A DNA stretch of 64,000 bases from contig DISH01000004.1 of NCBI GenBank assembly GCA_002421665.1, positions 23,174-87,173 on the forward strand, written 5' to 3'. Below, in pieces: positions 58,169 to 64,000 of the stretch. The notes beneath the pieces are model-generated. The model worked only from the letters and a program-made list of their open reading frames with translations, was not told the origin of the DNA and ran no database searches. Positions within the stretch are counted from its first letter, which is position 1. Every line of letters begins with the position of its first letter. The position numbers were made by a program, and so were the translations under genes. This DNA comes from Candidatus Omnitrophica bacterium UBA6215. Its GTDB lineage: Bacteria > Omnitrophota > Gorgyraeia > Pluralincolimonadales > Pluralincolimonadaceae.

Positions 58169-59614
58169 TTGACGATAGAAGCAGGGAAGAAACCTTTATT
58201 GTTCACCTTCCGGGCCAAGACAGCGATACTTATAGTACTGTCGATGGTCCTTGTCGTATCCGTTACGAACCTTTTCGTATACCGCTACCTGCTCGATTCG
58301 GAAATGAATTCCATGCGCAACGACCTCAGGACCATTGCGAGGTCCGCGGCGTTCAGGATAGATGCGGAAGCCTTAACTAAGATCCCTCTTAATCCCGGCG
58401 GGGTCAATACCCAGGAATACAGGATAGTATCCGAAGAGCTGAAGAGGATCATAAGGCAGAACCCGGACATAAAATATATCTACACCCTTACTTCTTCCGA
58501 CAGGAAAGGCATGCTCAGGTTTATCGTTGACCCTATATTGCCGACCCGCGAACAGCAGAGCAGGGGGTTGTCTTCCAAGCCGGGAGATCTCTACGACGCT
58601 TCCAGGTATCCCGAGATGCTCAAGGCATTTGAGGGCCCTACCTCAGACAGGAAGATAGTAATAGACGAGTGGGGGGCCGCTCTTTCCGGATACTCTCCCA
58701 TATTCGACAACGAGGGGAAAGCCGTTGCTATAGTCGGCGTTGATATAACCGCGGACGAAATATACGCCAGGCAAAAAGAGGTGCGCAACCGCGCCATGAC
58801 GGCAATGGCTGTCGCCGTGGCGTTCTCCATCCTATTGGCGATATTCCTCTCGAGGAGAATATCCGGCAAGCTCGTCAAGCTCCTGGAAGGTTCTCGCCAT
58901 CTGGCGAGCGGCGACCTTGGGTACAAGATAGACCTTGAAGGCGCCGACGAATTAGGAGAACTCGCAACGTCTTTCAACCAGCTGGCTTCCAAGCTCAGCG
59001 AGTCCAAAAAAGACCTTTTATCGTATTTCTACAGGGTAGTGCAATCGTTTGTCCGTATACTCGAGGCAAGGGACAGCTATACCAAGGGCCATTCCGAGAG
59101 GGTCGCCGAATACGCCGAGAAGATAGCCCTCAGGATAGGCCTTCCGAAGGAAAAGATAGAGCTGTTGAAGAAGGCGACTCTCCTCCATGATATAGGTAAG
59201 CTGGGCATCGAAGAGAGGATACTCAACAAGAGGGAACCCCTTAGCCAGGCCGAATGGACCGAGATACGCAAACATCCCGTTATCGGAGAGAATATACTTA
59301 AACCCGTCCTTTTGACAGGGGAGATGCTCGACATAGTCCGCAGCCACCACGAACGTTATGACGGCAAGGGCTATCCGGACGGATTAGCCGGTGACAAGAT
59401 AAACATCCTGTCCTCTATAGTTACCGTTGCCGATTCCTACGATGCCATGACCTCCGCAAGGGCTTACAGGCCTCCGTTGAACAGGCAGCAGGCCATAGAT
59501 GAGCTCAGGAGGAATAAGGGCTCGCAGTTCAATCCAAGGGTCGTCGATGTCCTTATAGAGATCCTGGAAGAAGAGAAGCGCGGTCAGGACAAGGCGCGGA
59601 AAAATAACGATTGA
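58169..59614 (+). CDS. membrane HD-GYP phosphodiesterase with TM-Cache-TM-HAMP sensor (paralog of 46138-47538)
   Basis: TTG start. KGHSERVAEY...LHDIGKLGI...HHERYDGKGYPDGL. Confidence 0.8.
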   Translation: MTIEAGKKPLLFTFRAKTAILIVLSMVLVVSVTNLFVYRYLLDSEMNSMRNDLRTIARSAAFRIDAEALTKIPLNPGGVNTQEYRIVSEELKRIIRQNPDIKYIYTLTSSDRKGMLRFIVDPILPTREQQSRGLSSKPGDLYDASRYPEMLKAFEGPTSDRKIVIDEWGAALSGYSPIFDNEGKAVAIVGVDITADEIYARQKEVRNRAMTAMAVAVAFSILLAIFLSRRISGKLVKLLEGSRHLASGDLGYKIDLEGADELGELATSFNQLASKLSESKKDLLSYFYRVVQSFVRILEARDSYTKGHSERVAEYAEKIALRIGLPKEKIELLKKATLLHDIGKLGIEERILNKREPLSQAEWTEIRKHPVIGENILKPVLLTGEMLDIVRSHHERYDGKGYPDGLAGDKINILSSIVTVADSYDAMTSARAYRPPLNRQQAIDELRRNKGSQFNPRVVDVLIEILEEEKRGQDKARKNND

Positions 59615-59679
59615 TAAAAGGTCCGGATGGTGATAGAATCACTTTCCTAAATCCTTCATAAAACCTTCAAGGAGCCATA

Positions 59680-60306
59680 ATGTTCGATCTTATTCTAAAA
59701 GGCGGCCCGCTCATGGCGCCGATAATCCTGGGTTCGGTCGTGGGTTTCGCTATCGTCGTCGAGAAGTTCATGGAATTGAAAAGCCTTAAGACCGATTCCT
59801 ACAGTTTCATACAGGAGGTCTTCCATTGCCTTAAGGCCAACAGGGTACAGATGGCCCTGGACCTTTGCGAGGAGAACAGCAAATACCCGATAGCCGCGGT
59901 CTTCAAGGTAGGCATAGAGCGGCGCTATATGGCCCCGCAGAGGCTGGAGAAGATAATGGAGCAGGTGGGCAATAACCAGATACAGAAGGTAGAAAGATAC
60001 CTTGGAGCCATGGCATCGATAATCAGCATCGAACCGCTCCTGGGTTTTCTCGGTACCATAACAGGCCTCATACAGGCCTTTATGAGCTGGGAACGTGCCG
60101 GGGCCAACATAACCGTCAGCGCCCTTGCGGCCGGCATCTACCAGGCCATGATAACCACAGCAGCCGGGCTCGCGATAGCCATACCGCTTTTCCTTTGCTA
60201 CAACTATTTCATAAGCCGTATTAAGTATATGTCGAACGAGCTCACCAACCATTCCGTGCAGTTCATAGAGCTCATGATAGAGATGAAGGAGGCGGGTAAG
60301 CTGTGA
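59680..60306 (+). CDS. exbB: MotA/TolQ/ExbB proton-channel protein
   Basis: 3 TM; conserved C-terminal TolQ/ExbB region. Confidence 0.8.
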   Translation: MFDLILKGGPLMAPIILGSVVGFAIVVEKFMELKSLKTDSYSFIQEVFHCLKANRVQMALDLCEENSKYPIAAVFKVGIERRYMAPQRLEKIMEQVGNNQIQKVERYLGAMASIISIEPLLGFLGTITGLIQAFMSWERAGANITVSALAAGIYQAMITTAAGLAIAIPLFLCYNYFISRIKYMSNELTNHSVQFIELMIEMKEAGKL

Positions 60307-60746
60307 AGATCCGCGGCAGGAGGGATTTCCTCTTTAACCTCGAGAACGTGGCCATAACGGATATCATTATGAACATGTTCATCTTCTTCTTTATCTCCTT
60401 TAGCCTCCTGTATACTTTCAGCCCGCAACGTATACAGAAGCTTGACCTTAAACTTCCCGAAGCCAATAACATAGTCCCGCTCGAGGACAAGGGCCAGATC
60501 AACGTATCCATAACCGGCCAGGGCGCCTATTACGTGGATAAGGACAAGGTTACCCTGGACGGGCTCAAGGAGAAGGTGGCGGCCAAATACAAGGCCAATC
60601 CCAAATCCGCCGTTATACTGCGCGCCGATAAGGCCGTGCGTTTCAAGCAGATAGTCAACGTGCTGGATATACTTACCGAACTTAAGGTCTCGCGCCTGAG
60701 CATAGCGGCCATAAGCGACAAATCCGGCGTAACGGTAAGCGAGTGA
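60303..60746 (+). CDS. exbD: ExbD/TolR biopolymer transport protein
   Basis: Single TM (DIIMNMFIFFFI) plus periplasmic domain; overlaps the exbB stop. Confidence 0.8.
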   Translation: MKIRGRRDFLFNLENVAITDIIMNMFIFFFISFSLLYTFSPQRIQKLDLKLPEANNIVPLEDKGQINVSITGQGAYYVDKDKVTLDGLKEKVAAKYKANPKSAVILRADKAVRFKQIVNVLDILTELKVSRLSIAAISDKSGVTVSE

Positions 60747-60750
60747 AGCA

Positions 60751-61305
60751 GTGAGCGTTGTTGCCGTTTTTGCCGTAGCGGTTGGTTTGGCTATGGATGC
60801 TTTTGCCGTATCGGTTGCCAGCGGTGCGGTAATAAAACGCCGACGTTTGCATAACGCCGCCAGGTTCGGACTGTTCTTTGGCGGGTTCCAGATGGCGATG
60901 CCAGTCATCGGATGGGCTTTGGGGGTGCATTTCAGGAAGTTTGTGGGAGGAGTGGACCACTGGGTAGCTTTCGGGCTCCTGGCTTTCATCGGGTTCAGGA
61001 TGATATACAACTCATTCAAGATAAACGGTCCGAAAGCGGACTGTAATTTCGGCCCGGAACGCATGGTCCTGCTTTCAATAGCCACGAGCATCGATGCCCT
61101 TGCCGTCGGGATAAGTTTCGCGTTCCTGGATATCTCTATAGCGGCGCCTGTAGCTGTAATAGGCGCCGTAGCTTTTATCTTTTCATTCGCCGGATTTCTG
61201 ATAGGGGCAAGCGTGGGTAATTTTTTCGAGAACAAACTGGAAGCGGCGGGCGGTATTATACTGATAGTAATAGGGATAAAGATACTGTTGGAGCATCTGT
61301 GCTGA
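60751..61305 (+). CDS. mntP: manganese efflux pump MntP
   Basis: GTG start. LAMDAFAVS and IDALAVGISFAF paired motifs of the MntP/YebN family. Confidence 0.75.
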   Translation: MSVVAVFAVAVGLAMDAFAVSVASGAVIKRRRLHNAARFGLFFGGFQMAMPVIGWALGVHFRKFVGGVDHWVAFGLLAFIGFRMIYNSFKINGPKADCNFGPERMVLLSIATSIDALAVGISFAFLDISIAAPVAVIGAVAFIFSFAGFLIGASVGNFFENKLEAAGGIILIVIGIKILLEHLC

Positions 61306-61306
61306 G

Positions 61307-61858
61307 ATGAAGACCTTAAAGCTTAAACCCATAGATGTCACACAAAAGATACTGCTCAAACTCGAAAATAAGGGCTTGATCAGGACGTTGCGCCCTACCC
61401 TCAAGATACTGCGGCGAAAGCACAGGGACGGACTGGTGGATACCATATATTCGTCCCCGGTCGAGCACGGCACCCATAAGCTCATATGCATACGCTCGGA
61501 CAATACCTCAAGAATAATGCTCAACTCGCATCCTCACCACGAGGAATTCATAATGATAAATAACACGGGATTGAAGCTCAAGCCCGTGTGTATGGTCATC
61601 GGACTTTGCAAACACCGCGAAATGGAGCGCAAGGCCGGGCAGGGGAGGCTGGGGCCAAAAGATTTCCTAATGCTGCGGCTTAAATACAACGACCATAAGA
61701 CCTGCATCTTCACGATGCTCAAGGAGACCCCTCACTGTGAGATCTCCGAGCCGGGCAGGGGCAGGCCCTCTATATTCTTCGTAAGCGAACCGACCAATCT
61801 TCCCATGCACCACCTCAAGCTGGAAGGCTACAGGTTCGAGGTTGGACGTAAAAGATGA
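61307..61858 (+). CDS. hypothetical His/Cys-rich protein
   Basis: 183 aa with HPHHEE, CKHRE and HCE clusters. Tightly packed between mntP and the CcdA-like gene. Confidence 0.4.
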   Translation: MKTLKLKPIDVTQKILLKLENKGLIRTLRPTLKILRRKHRDGLVDTIYSSPVEHGTHKLICIRSDNTSRIMLNSHPHHEEFIMINNTGLKLKPVCMVIGLCKHREMERKAGQGRLGPKDFLMLRLKYNDHKTCIFTMLKETPHCEISEPGRGRPSIFFVSEPTNLPMHHLKLEGYRFEVGRKR

Positions 61859-62559
61859 ACATAGACTCCCAATCTATCCTTAGCGCGGTGAATTCCCATT
61901 CATTCTCGACTTTTATCGTGGTATTCTGGGCCGCCGCTGTTTTGAGCCTGGTCTCGTGCACTATTATAAGGATACCCATCGTCGTAGGCCTCATAGGCGG
62001 TGCGGTCGACTCCAAGAAGAAGGCATTCCTGCTGACATTGTCGTTCGTGGCCGCTCTCGTGCTCAGCTATACCATGCTGGGCATACTGTTGGGGTATATA
62101 GAGAGCTTTGCCGCAAAGATGATCGGGATCAGCCGTTATATCTATTATTTTGCCGGTATCGTTATACTGGCGGTAGGCCTGCGGATGGCTGGCATCCTCA
62201 AGGCGAGGTTCATCGAAGTGTTCGAGGCCAGAGCTTTCGACATACGCCAGAAGGGTATCGCGGGCGCTTTCATATTAGGTTTTATGTTCGTGCTATTCGA
62301 GGCTCCTACATGCCCGGTCTGCGGGCCTTTCCTTATAATTATAGTCGGGCTGGGGGTAGTCAAGAGCAATTTCTGGTATGCCGTCGCGCTTTTCTTTACA
62401 TACGCCCTCGGCCAGAGCCTGCCGATATTGCTCGTGGGTATCTTCAGCGGCATAGTCAAATACCTGCATCCCAAGGTAGAGGCGGTCGAGCGTGTTGCGC
62501 CGGTGATCGGAGGGAATATACTGATAGCCGCGGGGATACTTTTACTTATACTGGGTTGA
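61855..62559 (+). CDS. cytochrome c biogenesis CcdA/DsbD-like transmembrane thiol-disulfide transporter
   Basis: 6 TM; Cys in TM1 and a CPVC-containing segment. Confidence 0.6.
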   Translation: MNIDSQSILSAVNSHSFSTFIVVFWAAAVLSLVSCTIIRIPIVVGLIGGAVDSKKKAFLLTLSFVAALVLSYTMLGILLGYIESFAAKMIGISRYIYYFAGIVILAVGLRMAGILKARFIEVFEARAFDIRQKGIAGAFILGFMFVLFEAPTCPVCGPFLIIIVGLGVVKSNFWYAVALFFTYALGQSLPILLVGIFSGIVKYLHPKVEAVERVAPVIGGNILIAAGILLLILG

Positions 62560-62561
62560 CG

Positions 62562-63044
62562 ATGAAACTTCCTGAGAATGCAAAGAGGATATTGATGACG
62601 CTCGCGGTCATGGCCGTGCTGTTCACCGTCTCGCGGCCTTATACAGCCTATCTCCTTTATAAGAGGGCCGGTGACTATATGAGCGCTTCGCTTATACTTG
62701 ATGCCGCCAGGTCATACAGAAAATCCCTCGCCTTTGACAGCAGGGACGTGGATGCCCGTACCTGGCTCGCTTATTGCTACAGCCTTCTCGGCATGACCGA
62801 TAAGGCCCTGGCCGAATATAATACCGCGATAGCCCAAGACCCGGACAACGTCATGGCATATTTTGACCTGGGAGTCATATACAAGGATATGGGCGAAACG
62901 GAGCTTGCCAGGAAGATGTTCATTAAGGGCAGGGATTGCCGCCAGAGCGTCAATACTATCGATCTCAACTACAGGTTCTATACCAGGTCCTGCCGCCATA
63001 TGCTGAATATAATGGACAAGACATCCGCGAATACCGAGCCCTGA
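62562..63044 (+). CDS. TPR-repeat protein (N-terminal TM anchor)
   Basis: TPR-like repeats (ARTWLAYCYSLLGMTDKALAEYNTAIAQDPDNVMAYFDLGVIYKDMG). The ORF-track start at 61956 overlaps the upstream gene and is rejected. Confidence 0.6.
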   Translation: MKLPENAKRILMTLAVMAVLFTVSRPYTAYLLYKRAGDYMSASLILDAARSYRKSLAFDSRDVDARTWLAYCYSLLGMTDKALAEYNTAIAQDPDNVMAYFDLGVIYKDMGETELARKMFIKGRDCRQSVNTIDLNYRFYTRSCRHMLNIMDKTSANTEP

Positions 63045-63047
63045 CAC

Positions 63048-63076
63048 TTGACATACTCCCCGGTTTATGCTATATT
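63048..63076 (+). promoter_or_regulatory. sigma70-type promoter TTGACA-17-TATATT upstream of the hndA-like gene
   Basis: TTGACA 63048-63053; TATATT 63071-63076. Confidence 0.45.
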
Positions 63077-63136
63077 AACACCATCGTTCCCCACCTAAAG
63101 CCTAAATTAAATCAAACTTCGGAGAAAGAAGCTATC

Positions 63137-63619
63137 ATGCAAGAAGAAAAATTATCTGCCGATATCGAGAATATCGTCAAGAAATGGGAGGGCAAGAAGG
63201 GCAGCCTCATAATGATCCTCCACGATATCCAGAACCTTTACGGATACGTCCCGCGTTCGACGTCCCTGCAGCTTTCGAAGTACATGGATGTCCCGCTTGC
63301 GAGGATCTACGAGGTTATAACCTTCTATCACTTCTTTAAGCTGGAGCCGCCGGGGAAGCATCTTGTCCAGGTATGCATGGGAACAGCCTGCTACCTGAAG
63401 GGAGCTTCCGACCTGCTTCTCGAGCTTCGCAACATACTCGGCGTAAATGAGGGCTGCACGAGCAATGACGGCCTTTTCCACCTTGAGGTGGTAAGGTGCC
63501 TGGGTTGCTGCGGCCTCGCGCCGGTAGTAAAGATCGACGAAAAGGTCTACAGCAAGGTCACCAAGGACCGGATCGCCGACATCCTGGCTGAATATGAGGA
63601 GGAAGCGGTCGCGAAATGA
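63137..63619 (+). CDS. NuoE/HndA/HoxE-like thioredoxin-fold [2Fe-2S] subunit
   Basis: CMGTAC...CLGCCGLAPV four-Cys 2Fe-2S motif of NADH-quinone oxidoreductase subunit E-type proteins. Confidence 0.75.
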   Translation: MQEEKLSADIENIVKKWEGKKGSLIMILHDIQNLYGYVPRSTSLQLSKYMDVPLARIYEVITFYHFFKLEPPGKHLVQVCMGTACYLKGASDLLLELRNILGVNEGCTSNDGLFHLEVVRCLGCCGLAPVVKIDEKVYSKVTKDRIADILAEYEEEAVAK

Positions 63620-63969
63620 ACAAATTAACCAAAGAATCCCTTGATAATATAGCCAAGCAGTCCCGTAAGGAAGAGAAGAACTGGATAAAGGTCGGTATGT
63701 CCAGTTGCGGAATAGCCGCCGGTGCAGACGAGGTCCTAAAGGTACTTATAGAGGAAGCCAAGAAGCGCAATATCCAGGTTAACATCAAGAAATGCGGTTG
63801 TGTCGGCATGTGCTCCGTAGAACCTCTTGTCGAGGTCAATGTCGAAGGTATGCCGAGGGTGACCTACGGCAGGGTCAACAAGGATGTAGCTATCCAGATA
63901 CTCGAAGATCATATACACAACCACAGGCTGGTCAACGACCACATATACGACATACAGGTAAAGAAATAA
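63616..63969 (+). CDS. HndB-like thioredoxin-like [2Fe-2S] ferredoxin domain protein
   Basis: MSSCGIAAG...KCGCVGMCSVEP motif. Confidence 0.65.
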   Translation: MNKLTKESLDNIAKQSRKEEKNWIKVGMSSCGIAAGADEVLKVLIEEAKKRNIQVNIKKCGCVGMCSVEPLVEVNVEGMPRVTYGRVNKDVAIQILEDHIHNHRLVNDHIYDIQVKK

Positions 63970-64000
63970 TGGAAAATAAGATAATATACGTAAGAGATAC
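63969..64000 (+). CDS. start of next operon gene (likely hydrogenase/NADH-dehydrogenase flavoprotein subunit), 3'-truncated
   Basis: ATG overlapping the TAA stop (TAATG); MENKIIYVRD...; only 10 codons visible. Confidence 0.3.
   Translation, partial: MENKIIYVRD

Noticed and set aside
60204-61235. 343-aa minus-strand ORF spanning exbB, exbD and mntP
   Set aside because: It overlaps three + strand genes, each with a family signature. The composition is Ala/Ile-rich with no domain.
61956-62561. ORF-track 362-aa frame extending the TPR gene upstream across the CcdA-like gene
   Set aside because: The upstream 200 codons are Arg-rich nonsense in an alternative frame of the CcdA-like gene. The real start is ATG 62562 followed by a TM anchor.
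62936-63136. ORF-track extension upstream of the NuoE/HndA-like gene
   Set aside because: The extension overlaps the TPR gene's 3' end and a good promoter. The NuoE-like domain begins at Met 63137.
1-64000. CRISPR arrays, tRNA/rRNA genes, transposases, integrases
   Set aside because: No regularly spaced direct repeats were seen in any intergenic region. No cloverleaf-compatible sequences were seen in the few gaps over 100 nt. No DDE/tyrosine recombinase-like ORFs were found.

Overview
This 64-kb window is a gene-dense stretch of bacterial chromosome, probably from a diderm (Gram-negative) organism. GC is about 55% except for a markedly AT-rich islet at 1-1810. Fifty-seven of 59 called genes lie on the + strand. 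I found no tRNA, rRNA or CRISPR arrays and no recognisable transposase or integrase. All calls rest on motif and family recognition in the supplied translations; no searches were run.

Gene content, in order:
- 1-1810: a low-GC islet with a 5'-truncated alpha/beta-hydrolase (HSLG nucleophile elbow) followed by a signal-peptide protein.
- 1949-5098: a class I aminotransferase, a MATE efflux transporter and a SAM methyltransferase.
- 5181-10726: an asparagine/aspartate decarboxylation-antiport module, comprising aspartate 4-decarboxylase AsdA, aspartate:alanine antiporter AspT, periplasmic L-asparaginase II and an OprB-family porin.
- 10740-23114: a minus-strand MFS transporter, then TetR-MFP-RND-OMF and TetR-TolC-EmrA-EmrB efflux operons with recognisable promoters and palindromic operators.
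- 23121-24550: a lipoprotein patatin-like phospholipase translationally coupled to an ACP-like protein.
- 24585-26469: a response regulator, PAS histidine kinase and second response regulator.
- 26475-29965: secreted proteins, including a lipoprotein alpha/beta-hydrolase, a signal-peptide ankyrin-repeat protein, a DUF-like protein and a PIG-L deacetylase.
- 29976-32145: a long-form LOG-family protein and a radical-SAM/helix-hairpin-helix protein.
- 32303-39408: an osmoadaptation block with MscS, a sensor-HAMP-OtsA fusion, OtsB, an internally repeated unknown protein, TreT and an LhgO-like FAD oxidoreductase.
- 39428-45098: GTP-PEPCK, a short chorismate-binding enzyme, a B12-binding radical SAM protein and a DEAD-box helicase.
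- 45161-52508: a PiT phosphate transporter translationally coupled to an HD-GYP phosphodiesterase, then a yeast-type cytosine deaminase, an HMGL-like TIM-barrel protein, an AsmA-like protein, a hotdog thioesterase and an orphan Cache sensor.
- 52593-59614: a second OprB porin, an OmpA-LysM protein, a GGDEF-PilZ cyclase with an internally duplicated membrane module, a minus-strand glucose-6-phosphate isomerase and a second HD-GYP paralog.
- 59680-64000: ExbB/ExbD, MntP, a His/Cys-rich unknown, a CcdA-like protein, a TPR protein and the start of an HndA/HndB-type hydrogenase/NADH-dehydrogenase operon.

The most interesting candidates are:
- A chemoreceptor-like TM-Cache-TM-HAMP sensor fused directly to trehalose-6-phosphate synthase. 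The same sensor module recurs on two HD-GYP proteins and an output-less orphan.
- The dual trehalose pathway operon with an uncharacterised, internally duplicated protein.
- The GGDEF-PilZ fusion with a tandemly duplicated membrane module.
- The PiT-HD-GYP coupling.
- A diderm version of the Asp/Ala pmf-generating decarboxylation loop, extended with an asparaginase and a porin.
- The AT-rich hydrolase plus secreted-protein islet at the window start.
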